This document shows, in pieces, positions 1-11,313 of a DNA stretch of 64,000 nt. The stretch spans positions 310,001 to 374,000 of the forward strand of contig RSEE01000033.1 in the NCBI GenBank assembly GCA_003971905.1, in the 5' to 3' direction. The DNA comes from Moniliella sp. 'wahieum'. Its lineage: Eukaryota. Both the position numbers and the translations under genes were made by a program. The notes beneath the pieces are model-generated. The model saw only the letters and a program-made list of their open reading frames with translations, was not told the DNA's origin and ran no database searches. Position 1 is the first letter of the stretch. Each line of letters starts with the position of its first letter.

Positions 1-80
1 GCGTGCCCCGGGTACCATATCTGCCCAGGGCTGCTTGGTGGACGTAATTCAGGGCTGACTAGGCCAATTTCTATGAGCAG

Positions 81-579
81 ATGTCTAACCCCCAGGCCGT
101 CTCGTGCTTCGGCAAGAAGAAGACCGCCACAGCGGTGGCTTACGCTAAGGCAGGCAAGGGTCTCCTCCGTGTCAACGGCCAGCCCATCCACCTCATGAAG
201 CCCGAAGTGCTGCGCTGGAAGCTCTACGAGCCCGTCCTCATTGTCGGCGAGGACAAGTTCGCGTGCGTTGCCACTCATTTCCATAACTAGCTCCTTTCCA
301 ACATCACGCTGACATTGTTTTTCCCTTCAGTCCCGTTGACATCCGGGTCCGCGTTTCGGGCGGTGGCCACACTTCGCAGGTGTACGCCATCCGTCAAGCC
401 ATCGCTAAGGCGCTTGTTGCGTACTACGCCAAGTTCTACGATGCTTCCTCGGCTCTTGAGCTGCGCCAGCTTTTCGTCAGCTACGACCGCACCCTCCTCA
501 TTGCCGACCCCCGCCGCATGGAGCCCAAGAGTTTGGCGGCAAGGGTGCCCGCGCTCGTCGCCAGAAGTCGTACCGTTAA
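81..579 (+). CDS. RPS16: 40S ribosomal protein S16 (uS9); intron 263-330; one apparent 1-nt deletion near 530
   Basis: [11 protein letters not shown]...[25 protein letters not shown]...[38 protein letters not shown] intron. A branch site and CAG just before the ATG suggest an additional upstream intron. Confidence 0.96.
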
Positions 580-1164
580 ACCGTTTTCTGCTGGGAGCAG
601 GGACTTGCCTATCAGTACACAATGGTCTCTGTGCCAGATTATTGCTGCACGATGTGTTCTCTGTCGATCCCGTGGTATTATGGTTTTTAGTGGACCTCTC
701 CGGGTTTGCACCGCATGGCTTTTTCGTTGTCTGTGTCCAAATTCTGGGCACAGCTATGATGTTGGCACCCACTTCTGCAAAAAGGATTTCGTGTCCAGTA
801 TGCCCCCACCCATTTCCCTTGCCAGGGCTATCATCGTAGAGTTGTGACTGTGTTCAGCTTGGACTATGAGTGGCTCGACTCCTGTCTATATGGCTTCAGC
901 GTGTCGTACAATCAACAATTGTAGATAGAGACGGATTGGAACTCCAGGAGGCTGCACGTTGTCGGTGTGTTGGCTTGTTCAGGATCATCGTCCAGCCGAG
1001 TGGGGCCTCCACTCGTTGCGATAAAAGTAGAACACCAGCCTAATGCAATGCCTGCAGAGTTGATAGGCTCGGGATAAGGCCTCCGGGTTTTCAGCCGGAT
1101 TTGGTCCATTTCAAATCGTATCTCCGGCGTCCGGTTCCCCTACTTTTGTCACTCTACCACCATT

Positions 1165-2187
1165 ATGTCTACCAGTGAACTGCAAGGTCGTCTGCTCAAC
1201 ATCCAAAGCCATGTCGTGAGTGGCTATGTCGGTGGACAAGCTGGCGCGCTTCCCCTGGCCATGCTGGGATGGGCAGTCTCCTTTATCCCCACAGTGACAT
1301 TCAGCAACCACCCGGCGTATGGATCATTTAAGGGTGTGCGCACCGATCCAGGCCTGATCGAGTCGTTGCTCGAGGGCCTGGACCAGAACGGACTGGCGCG
1401 GTTCGATCGGCTCCTGACTGGTTACATTCCTTCACCGGAAGCGTGCCACGTTATCGCCCTCTACATCGAAAAGCTGCGGGCTGCCAACCCAGAATTGGTG
1501 TATGTGCTGGATCCCGTACTCGGGGAGTCGGCCAATGGCTTTTACGTCGATAAGAATCTGGCACCCTTGTACCGCCAACTAGCGGGGATCGCGACGATCA
1601 TTACCCCCAATCACTTCGAGGCGGAGGTTTTGTCGGGCATCAAGATCACGGACGCCAGCTCCTTAAGGGAGGCACTCAAGATTATTCATACTGGGCTGGG
1701 GGCCCAGCATGTGCTCATCACCTCAGTCGAGCTTCCGGCCAACGTGATCGCACCAAGCGCACCTGTGTCTGAGCAATCATTTTACACATTGGTGGGGTCA
1801 TCCTACTCCCAAAGCACGTTTAAGCCGTGGGTCCTTCGCACACCGGCTGTGCCTGGCCACTACTCCGGCACAGGTGATCTTCTGGCTGCACTCATTGCCG
1901 GGCGGTTCACTTCAGGGCCCGAAGGAGAAAGACTGTTACAAGAGGCGGTCGAGTACGCTGCCACTGTTCTGCATGGCGTGTTAATGAAGACGTATGAGCA
2001 TGCTCAAGCTCAAGAAGCGGTACAACCATTGACAGACGAGATGCAAGTGACTGGCGTCTTTGGCAAGGAACCCATTACTCTTGCCCGCAGGTCGCTCAAC
2101 GCAGCCCGTACTGAGCTGCGGCTCACTGAGAGTCGGGCATTGTTCAGTCCTCAGATTCAGTCCAAGTTCTCTGCAGAGTACCTGTGA
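1165..2187 (+). CDS. BUD16: Pyridoxal kinase (PfkB/ribokinase family)
   Basis: LNIQSHVVSGYVG, TVTFSNHPAY, YVLDPVLG, ITPNHFEAE and GTGDLLAAL motifs in an intact 340-aa ORF. Confidence 0.93.
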   Translation: MSTSELQGRLLNIQSHVVSGYVGGQAGALPLAMLGWAVSFIPTVTFSNHPAYGSFKGVRTDPGLIESLLEGLDQNGLARFDRLLTGYIPSPEACHVIALYIEKLRAANPELVYVLDPVLGESANGFYVDKNLAPLYRQLAGIATIITPNHFEAEVLSGIKITDASSLREALKIIHTGLGAQHVLITSVELPANVIAPSAPVSEQSFYTLVGSSYSQSTFKPWVLRTPAVPGHYSGTGDLLAALIAGRFTSGPEGERLLQEAVEYAATVLHGVLMKTYEHAQAQEAVQPLTDEMQVTGVFGKEPITLARRSLNAARTELRLTESRALFSPQIQSKFSAEYL

Positions 2188-2492
2188 TCGATGCATTGAC
2201 GTGTTCATCCCATATGTGTGCTGCAAAGATGCCGAAGCCAATACAAACTTAAAGCCAACGCCCATACCTTATACACCACCTATAATCCCGAACTTTTACC
2301 CCTATCTACATTGTGTTCGCCTTTGTGTAGTTGTACCCCAAGATCTGGACCGCGGAGCCATAGAAAATGCCATACATCTAGCAGGAACAGCTGTTTGTGC
2401 ACAGCGCCTCCATAATGTGTACGCAGGCAGAGGCCAAACATTGGGATGCGATGTGATCGATGATGTCAATTATCCGTACCGTTGTGCAGCGA

Positions 2493-3449
2493 TCACGATG
2501 AAAAAGCGCGCTTGAGTTTCTCCGTCGAAGCAGCCGGCTCGGCGGATGAAGAGGCGGAGCTCAAGGGCGAGGGGAGGGCCAAAGCCGATGCCAACTGCAC
2601 GCCCGCAGCAAAGTGGGCAAAGCGAGCATCCACAACCGCATTGAGATCTTTAGCCAGCTGGAGTGTATTGGTGTAGAGTGATGCCAGTGGAACAATGTGT
2701 GTAGCCACTTCCTCCCCAGGGTCAAGGTGGGCCTTAGGAGGTGCACCCCCCTCGGGCAGTCGGACGTGAACGACCACGAACCGCAATGTTGATCCACTCA
2801 GGCCAGGATCAGAGGGGATGATGCCAGATGTTCCCACTGGCTCCGCCGTTCCGGCTGACAAAGCAGCCTCACTGCCTTGTTTGACCTCGTCTTGGCGTGA
2901 AGGGGGAGGGGTGCCGTAGCCTGTTTCTTCCCATAGCTCACGCAGTGCAGCTCGCTGAGATCCTTCAACCCCTTCTCCCCGGCATCCACAAGTCCAGCAG
3001 GAAGCTCGAGCACGACTGATCCCACCGGAGGGCGAAATTGGGATACTAGTAGAACCTCGGATGGAGGGAGCAGCGCCTCGTGACAAGAGAGGGAGGATGG
3101 ACACAGCTGGAAAGGGATAGCACACGCATTTTGGTGTTAGTCATTGGTCAATGAACAGATGGGGAGGGCGGAACCTACCATCTACCTCGCCCTTGCGGGT
3201 CCTCCTGTTGGCTGATTCCCACGTCCGGGTCTTTCCCGTTTCATCGACCCATTCGAGGGCGTGGAGGCTGACCCATTTGGCATCCTGGTCCGGCAGAGGA
3301 CGTGAGGCAATGACCTTAGGCAACTGGCGCTGGGTAGGAGAAGGGCCAGACATGACAGGCGAGGCTGAATAGGCGCGCTGGAAGAGCAGGTGTGGTGTCC
3401 GTGAGAACACAAGATGGGTGCCAATGCGGCGGTGGAGGGGCAATCGCAT
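2493..3449 (-). CDS. YSA1: ADP-ribose pyrophosphatase (NUDT5/Ysa1-like NUDIX hydrolase); intron 3107-3177; frameshifts; alternative start at 3353
   Basis: DAKWVSL..W.DETGKTRTWESA.R, FRPPVGSVVLELPAGLVD, AALRELWEETGY (Nudix box), SDPGLS, VDARF. Confidence 0.88.
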
Positions 3450-4337
3450 GGAGGTGGGTCAGTAGTCGCCAAGGGCAGCTGCTGAGGCGCATCGCTTCTC
3501 CGTTCTGGCGCCTCGGGATTACAGAACGCTCCATCATGCATCGTGCATTCTGCCTCATGCATCACGCCAGCCAATTCGATGACGTCAGGCACCAGAGGGT
3601 ATGAAACATTGAATAATTCGTGCGTACTTCGCATCAGCACATCATCGATCTCCTTGCTCACTAGGCTCTCACTAGTCATTCCGACGCCGGTGCCACCCAC
3701 CACCGACCTGGCCTTGGTTCGGGCTGAGAGTCAACTGCGGTCAAGATCATGTAGGGCTCGCTTAAGATCAATTGAGGACACATTAGACGCCACCCCAAAT
3801 TCCCTTCTGGGTGGTAGGCTGCCAGCTCGACAAGACCATGAGAGATGGGTGTCTTTTTGGAAAAAAGCCAACTGGGAAGTTCAGGAAGTCAATCATCGTG
3901 GCATTGACACTGCATAAGGACGAATGGCATATGGGCCGCTTGGCGGACTTGATGGTAGCCAGGCAACGCTTCAGCTGCACTTCTATTTCTCGACCAACGC
4001 AAAGATCATCCAAACAAAGCGGAACGGCTGTGTAGTCAAGGCGCGAGGGCTCAAGGAGCCCTCAAACCTTCGATCTCCTGTATAGGGATTGCTGTCTGAA
4101 GTCTGACGCTCGAGGACAAACATATCAGCACGATTGGCAAAGAGCAACCCGTGGCTATGGACTGTGGGCGTTGAAGAGGAAATGAGTATGATCGCGGTGA
4201 ATTGAAAGGGGAATACTTACAAGGTCATAGCCTGAGTATGCAGGTGTGATGGTGCTGGTATCTAGATCGAAAAGTGGAAGAGACACATGAGGACAAGGTC
4301 AGTAACAGTATCCTCTGATAGTCAGACAGCAGGCAGA

Positions 4338-4423
4338 GCTCAGACGAAAGATGGTGATTAGGTTGTATATCCGCATCACAAGGAGTTCTTGCTAAGCGTG
4401 GTGCATGAAACTGATCATCTCGG
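4338..4423 (-). ncRNA. Box C/D snoRNA, dual guide for 18S Gm1271 and 25S Am807 (yeast numbering), SNORD32/U32-like
   Basis: Box C GAGATGA; guide CATGCACCAC (antisense to 18S GTGGTGCATG) before D' CTTA; C' GTGATGC; guide TCACCATCTTTCG (antisense to 25S CGAAAGATGGTGA) before D box CTGA. Confidence 0.85.
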
Positions 4424-4557
4424 CAAAGTGGAGGAAACCAAAACTTACGCGGAGGTAGAAGTTAGTAGAGAGTGAAAGGGAATACCGTCTTGCCACAGGT
4501 CTGAAAGGTCACATTGGTCAGAGCTCTGCCTTCACATGAGGTGAGGGATCGGGGAGG

Positions 4558-4637
4558 AATCAGAATGCCATGGATAGGCTACCTTGTTCTCCTCATAAGA
4601 AATAGGAGAGACTCCCACAGTATGGTTTCATCCCGAT
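4558..4637 (-). ncRNA. Box C/D snoRNA, probable SNORD79-like guide for the LSU rRNA GAGA*UUCCCAC site
   Basis: Box C GGGATGA; guide GTGGGAGTCTC (11 bp with one G-U to LSU GAGATTCCCAC); D' CCTA; C' ATGAGGA; D CTGA; lies within intron 4501-4661. Confidence 0.65.
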
Positions 4638-5077
4638 GAAAAGAATGGAGGGTTTGCATACCTTTTGTAGTGACTTTGGACCCTGGGCAAGACGGCTGGT
4701 CAATGGTGGTGGTGGGGATTGAAAAACCTGACGGTAAATCCACGCAGAAGAGCAGAAATAATTTCTTCGGAGGCAGCTCATTGAGCGGAATGTAGGGCTA
4801 AATTCCGCCTGCCTTGCGATGGGGCCGGCGACATGGTGTCGTAGCTGCCACCGCCACCACCGGGAACATTGAACGTTGATTGTTGAGCCTCTACCACCAA
4901 CATCGCAACTGCCTCTGCTAGTAGCTTGCCACGCCAATCCCCAAACGGAGACCCATTTTCTCTCAGCCTACCAAACGCGGAGTACTGCAGTGGTGTATCC
5001 TTTCACCTGTCCTGTGCATCTCTCCTACACCAATCGTATTCGATCTTTCTGCTCGCATCCTTTGACGCGTAGCTAAA

Positions 5078-6866
5078 ATGTCGTCCTCACTCGTCTACTA
5101 CAAGTTCCGATCTCAGCGGCAACCATCTAAGATTACCTTTGATGGCACCAACATCCGCGTATGGGATATCAAGAAGGAGATCATCTCTCAGAATCGCATG
5201 GACAAGGACCTCGACTTTCATTTGCTAGTTTTTGACGAGAATGGTCAAAAAGGTAAGCCTTCCCGCTCTCTGGACCTCTTCGCTCAACGTGTTACTAACG
5301 AAGCGTCTTCATCTCGTTTAGAATTCAAAGCGATGACCATCTCATCCCGCGTTCATCTACCGTTATTGTCAAGCGTATGCCTGCCCCACCTGGGAGGGGA
5401 TCAGCGTACAAGTATGTGCCCGATACTGCCCCAGACAGCAGGTTTTCTCGTAGCGCTGCACCCCAAAGCCGTGCAGCTCAAGCCAAGGCAGCCATGTCGG
5501 CTCGGTTCAACGAGACGCGTCCGGGACAGGGCTCCGGAGAAAACACCGCGATCTTTGTTCCCTCTGTCACCGCCCCTGACGATGCCGACGAGGCATCCAA
5601 AATTGCGGCCATGTTCCAAGCAACGTCCGAGCAGTGGAGCCATGCGCAAGAGCGGATGGCCCATACTACGTTTCGTGGTACCGGTCGTGGCGGCATGCGC
5701 GGAGGAAGGGGGGGCGGTGCGATGGGAGGCGGCAGGCCCGATGCCTCTGGGCAGGGACCTCTTCCTCCTGGCCCGGTTCGGCACCACGAGCCCCCCGGGG
5801 CAGGGTACGTCTGTCATCGTTGCGGAAAGAAGGGCCATTGGATCCAAGACTGTCCGACGAACGACATGCCGGACTGGCAGAACAAGCCCAAGCTCAAGCG
5901 TACGACGGGTATTCCCAAGAGTATGCTCAAGACGATTGAAAATCCTACCGATGAGCAACGTGCCGCGGGCGTGATGATCACGGCAGATGGCGAGTTTGTT
6001 ATTCCGCAAGCGGACACAGCTACATGGGAGAAGGAGAAGGGCAAGAACAAATCTTGACTAAGAACGATGTGTATGAGATGGCCCCTTCGGATCCTTCCTT
6101 AACATGCAGTCTCTGCTCCCGCCTGCTGCGAGATGCCATGGAGACGCCGTGCTGTCATACTCGCTACTGCGAGGAGTGCATTACCGCCCACCTTTTGGAC
6201 CATGACTTTGCTTGTCCCGAGTGCGATACGCGGATCGATGACTTTGACAAACTGGTTCGCGACGAGGAGATGCGCGGCAAGGTACGGCAGTACATTGATG
6301 ACGAAATTGGCAAGAGTGAACAGGCGCACGACAAGGATAAGGAGGAGGGAGACGATGCCATCGCCGATGCCGAGCATGAAGGCGGAGCCCGTAGAGTGGA
6401 TCTGGACGCGCCCCCATCTGACGGAAATGGCCCAGGAGTGCGGGAGTACATGGGGTATGCGCAAGAGGCCAAGGCCCGCACGGCGGAGACGATGTGGGCG
6501 GGCGGAGTGCCGTATCCGCTCATGATGCAGCTGCTCATGGCTCGCTTGGCGCAGCAGGCCAAGGACCCCGCTCAGCCAGATGCGGATCGAGTGCAAGCCA
6601 TTGCAGCGCTCAAGATGATGCAGTTCCAAATTATGCAAAGCCAACAGCAAGCTCAGGCCCAGGCCCAAGCTGCTATGGCTCATTCTGTCTCCCGATGGGG
6701 CCAGCCTCATGCGGCCGGGTACGGTAGCGGCGGCGGCTTTGGTGGCGCAGGCCCACACGGTTATGGGCACGACAATGGTGGCCCCTCGAGCCGTTGGGGA
6801 CACCCCAAGCGTGAGCGCCCGGCAGACTTCCTCGAGGTGCCGCGAGCAAACAAGCGGACGCGCTGA
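5078..6866 (+). CDS. MPE1: Cleavage/polyadenylation factor Mpe1/RBBP6 (DWNN, zinc knuckle, RING); intron 5253-5321; frameshifts
   Basis: MSSSLVYYKFRSQ (DWNN); PGAGYVCHRCGKKGHWIQDCPTN; KRTTGIPKSML; CSLC..TPCCHTRYCEECI..CPEC RING. Confidence 0.93.
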
Positions 6867-7311
6867 CCAGGGAGCCTCGAACCTTGAGGACGAGTGGATT
6901 CGGCTACTTAGGTGGAGTGCCTCCGCGGGACTGGCGCTTTGAAGACAAGACAAAGATTTTTACACTCACACTTGGGCCATGGGTCGGCTGTCACCATGTC
7001 GATTAATGCTCATACCGGCACAACTCAGATTTCGCATGTCTCCTATTGCCTCCGTCATGTCTGTGAAGCTGTAAGGGCGTGAAGACCAATGATCGCATAT
7101 CCTCATGCCCGAGCGGCCACCGCACGTCCAATAATGTAGGCAAAAGGTGAACAGGTCATCCAGTGGATTATATTATGGTTTTGCATACTAGTGACCTGCT
7201 TTTACATAGAGGATTGATATCCTGGCGATCCCCCTGGTTCCTTAACGTTTAACCTTGGTGGCGCTTCCAAGTAACCCCCGCAAGATGAACGGTTCGGTTT
7301 AGACGTAGCGT

Positions 7312-7360
7312 TCCCCCTGTCCCAGCCTTAAGCTCTGCCAATGATATGGACGCAACTTAG
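7312..7360. repeat. Dispersed ~50-bp repeat (second copy, inverted, split by the LTR at 25136-26053)
   Basis: CCCCTGTCCCAGCCTTAAGCTCTG(C/T)CAATGATATGGACGCAACTTAG matches the reverse complement of 25136-25143 joined to 26015-26053. Confidence 0.85.
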
Positions 7361-7710
7361 AGGATCGATGGAGATGGCTCATCGGTCGGATGTCTACCAC
7401 ACGCTCATTCCTATCCACACGCGCTACATCGGGTTTGGAAACGGATGGCGGGCGCCAGAGGTTCTTTGTCTTGGTCTTAAGCTCTGTAAATGATGTACGA
7501 CTAGAACATCTGGATCTGATCCACCCCAGTTGCGATGCGTTGAACGGGGGCTTAATTCACCCGTGATACCACCGGTCACCGGTCGCGCCGCTCGTCCAAC
7601 TTGAACATTTGCAATCTTTCTCCACCTCCGCCCGCGCAGCAACCACGAACAGCCAAGTTTTGGTTGGGAGCTGCTGGAGGGCCTCCCTCTTCTGCTTCCG
7701 GACCAACACC

Positions 7711-9196
7711 ATGCGCTGCTGGTCGTCGATCGGATTCTGGGCAGCTGCCCTAGCGCTTTCCACGTGTGCGCTTGCCTCCGTCACTGCGCCTGATCCCCAA
7801 GTGATTGCACTGGACGACCCCGACCTGTTTCTCCAGACGATCGGGCAGGATGTGGGCGCAGTGGTAGAGTGGTATGCGCCGTGGTGCCGGTGGTGCAAGA
7901 AGTTCAAGAAGGACTACAGTCGCCTGCCAGGTCGCGTTGCCGATGCAGCGATGCGGGATGGGGCATCCCCCGACGAGGCGGCGGTGATCATTGCGGCTGT
8001 CAACGTTGAGGCCAACTCGCAGCTGGCGCACAAATACAATGTCGAGGGCTTGCCAACGATCCAGTGGATCCCCCCCGGTGCTGGAAACGATCCGAACCAA
8101 GCCATCGTTTACTCGGAAAAGCGCACGCTCAAGAAACTGGTGCCATGGGTACGGGAACAGCAGAAGGCCGCACCCAACTTGGACGCTGGCTTGCTGGGTG
8201 CATTGGGTGCTTCGGCCTCTGGTGCCGAGGCTCAGCAGACAGCGCTCGTGTTGACGAGCGAGACGTTTGAGCAAGTGACCCAGGACCCCGAGAAGAATGT
8301 GCTGGTTGTGTTGGAAACAGAGGGATGCGACGCATGCCAGACGCTCCGCCCAACTTTAGACCGCTTGGCTTCCATATTTGCTCCCGAGGCCAATTGCCAA
8401 GTGGCACGGATCAATGCGGATGACAACGTGGATGTGACTAAGCCGTTTGGGCTGGACGTCTTTCCCCGGATCATTGTAAGTTGAACCTTTGCCTTTTCCG
8501 GACGTTTGGGTTGGAAGCGTGGTTCTGACATCCCCTTCTGGTTTCCACCTCAGCTATTCTCTATCCCGTTGCCAGGCGAGTCGGGCAAGTCTACGCGGCA
8601 GTACGATGCTGAGCGGAATGAAGTCAAGTTGGTAGAGTATCTGAACAGTGTGTGCCACACTCACCGACTCGCGCCATCGGGCTGGCTGGACACGGAGGTG
8701 GGGCGCCTGGCTGCGCTGGATAAGTTGGTGGGCAGGCAGGCGGCAGCGGTGGCACATGCGTATCCCGAGGAGGCGCAGACGCAAGCAGAGCATGCCCGGC
8801 AGTGGATCAAGTCGATGCGGGGTGATGCAGAGAAAGTCAAGTGGACCGAGACGAAGGAAGCATCTGCGCGCTTGTACGAACGGGCGATTGCCGAGTTGGA
8901 AAAGGAAGCGGAGAACAAGGCAAAGGGAACGGATTGGCTGAGCACGTCCTTGGAGAGCCCTTGAGACGCGTCTGTATGCTTCGGCCACGCCGGAGGAGGC
9001 CAACGAGAAGTACGAGAGCGCACCCTCGCTCGCAAGGGCCGAACGGGACACTCTCACAGTCCAGGCCAATATTCTGCGTGCCATCCTTGCCGTCCGCACC
9101 GACATCTTCAACATGACCACCTCTGAAGCAACAGCGTCTGCGCCGGTGGCCACTCCAGAGACGCAGGAGGCGCTTCCAGGCCATGCGGATCTGTGA
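7711..9196 (+). CDS. Protein disulfide-isomerase-like (two thioredoxin domains plus helical ERp29-like C-terminus; TigA/ERp38 type); intron 8476-8553
   Basis: Signal peptide MRCWSSIGFWAAALALSTCALA; VEWYAPWCRWCKK; second domain LTSETFEQV..KNVLV..GCDACQTL; C-terminal HADL*. Confidence 0.85.
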
Positions 9197-9481
9197 GACG
9201 GCCGGTTGCTTGCAACGGCCCTGTGTCATGAATGTGTTCGGACATGGCATGTAGGCAGATGCAGTTTGTCTTCTGCAAGACCTTGCATGTACCTCGTAGA
9301 AAAATGGTGGGGTGGCTCTTGTGCCCATGATGTATGACGTGCATGACGAGTACGGTGCAAGGCGTCGTTGTCGCCGGCAAGCTGTAGCTGCGGCGTTACT
9401 TAAAGCATCCCGAGCTAATAAGCGAGGCGCCGGCCTGATCGCTTGTCGATCGTGCCGCATCATGAATCATTCGTCGAAGCG

Positions 9482-9570
9482 CGCGTAACGCGTGCCGCGT
9501 AACGCGTAACCGGGCGTAAGCGTAACCGGGCGTAAGCGTAACCGGGCGTAAGCGTAACTGGGTAACCGGA
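9482..9570. repeat. Tandem repeat, 16-bp unit CGTAACCGGGCGTAAG x~3 plus CGCGTAA units
   Basis: Directly visible in the intergenic sequence. Confidence 0.9.
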
Positions 9571-10295
9571 ACCATCACATGTTCAGCGTTCCACGGCACG
9601 TCACGTTCATGCTAAGCGCAACCAAGACAAGGACAGAGCAAGGAGGCGCCCAGTGACGCGGATGGTTTCAACTAGTGCGGACCGAACCGGACCGGATCCA
9701 TCACTTTTGTATACCTTCTGTCTGTCGCTGCATCTGCGGAACAATTTGGCTTGAGAGCTGAAAGGTTCAGCGCCAGTGTAGTCGAGGCCGACGCGTGCCG
9801 GCGGAGGCACGGGGCATCTGCCCACCCACTGCCCATCGATCGGCGTGTCCTTCTGGATGACTCATGTCACATGATGCTTGAAGCTTGACAAATGATGGTC
9901 ACATGCAGTGCCGCCCCTTAACCCCCCCGCCGCGCTCGGCCACTGTCGCCCCCTGGCAGCGCACTAGCGCGGTGCTGGTATAAGACAGCCCTGCCCCCCA
10001 CCACCCGCCGCAGCAGGCCGCTGCAGGCGATAGGTCCCGTTTTCGCCACTGCCCCCGCGCGCCCGAGGGTGGCCGAAGCCCGAGCCGCTCTGTAGCAGCC
10101 AGCGCTTCTTACTCACATCACCGATATATACACTTTCCTCCGTTCTCTCACTCCGGCCCTCTCGTATCTACCCGCCTCCTCAAAGAAAGAGAGACCTCTC
10201 TTTCCACCGCCAGTCTGTCTCTCTCCAGCCTCTCTTGCCTCTCTTGCCTCTCTTCTCCCTCTCTCAGTCGCCCTTCCCTCGATCTGCACACCTCG

Positions 10296-11313
10296 ATGGG
10301 CGCGTACTCTGACGTCGACGACTGCCACCACATCGACCCCACGCCGGGGGCAGTGTGCCAGCTGCAGAACGCGCCGTACGAATACATCCCCACCCTCTGG
10401 CTCGGCATCCTCTTCACTGTCCTCTTTGGCCTCCAGTTCTTCCTGCATCTCCTCTTTGCACTCTGGCCCCGTCGGTTCCGCCGCGGCGGGTTTATGCTGC
10501 TGGCCGCCGTCTGCGCTGCGGGGGAACTGGGGGGTGGATTGCCCGTCTGGACAGCCACTTTAGCTTCTTCAAGGTCGATCCCTACATTGCCCAACTGGTG
10601 TGCCTGATCATCAGCCCCATCTTTGTCAGCGCAGCCAACTACGTTGCTCTGGAACATCCTCTGTGTTGGCCCAGAGCTGACTCGCGTCAGCACCAAAGTC
10701 TACATTAGCGTCTTTGTCACTGGAGATATCATTTCGCTCGTCATCCAAGCTGTTGGTTGGTGGGATGAGCGCCACAGCCGACACTGACTCGGGCGTACAC
10801 ACTGGATCCAACATTGCCCTGGCCGGTGTCATTGTCCAGATTTTCATCACGGGTCCCTTCTTGATGCTCCTAACGGATTTCCTCGTGCATCACTATCTTG
10901 TTACCAAAGCAGGCCACTACCGCGAGCGCTGGACCAAGGGAACCGCCCTCGTTGGCTGCGCCTCCTTTGTTTCGTCAATCTTCATTCTCATCCGTTGTGT
11001 GTATCGGTGCGTGGAGATGAAGCAAGGATGGACAGGGTACCTTTCCGTGCACGAGGTCTGGTTCCCCATCTTTGATGCTACGATGATCTTCTTCGCCCTC
11101 CTCGTCTTTCTCCTGGTCCATCCCAGTTTCTTCCTCCCAGCTCCCTGGTCCCAGCGAAGCGTGGCAATGTTCGGCGAGAAGCCTGATGACGTCCACATCG
11201 ACATGGGCAAGGGGGACTATGGCGAACACTCTTCTCAAAACCTGTACTCTAGCCCGAACCACTCCTCTCCTCTCCCGGTCAAGTACCCCTACGGCGATTC
11301 CTCCAGTCAATGA
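10296..11313 (+). CDS. RTA1-like (lipid-translocating exporter family) membrane protein; frameshifts
   Basis: YEYIPTLWLGILF, PYIAQLVCLIISPIFVSAANY, GSNIALAGVIVQ, LIRCVYRCVEMKQGWTG..HEVWFPIFDA. Confidence 0.88.

Larger units (their letters stand above)
4103..4800 (-). ncRNA. Non-coding multi-intron snoRNA host gene (ends approximate)
   Basis: Minus-strand introns 4661-4501 (GTATGC..CAG), 4448-4262 (GTAAGT..TACTGAC..TAG) and 4220-~4103 (GTAAGT..CAG). Exons are tiny with no ORF, and two introns contain C/D box snoRNAs. Confidence 0.75.

Noticed and set aside
3600..4100. Additional snoRNAs or ORFs downstream of the first snoRNA host
   Set aside because: Isolated GATGA/CTGA words with no rRNA-complementary guide or intron context.
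9482..9570. CRISPR-like array
   Set aside because: Eukaryotic context, perfect short tandem units with no unique spacers, and no cas genes.
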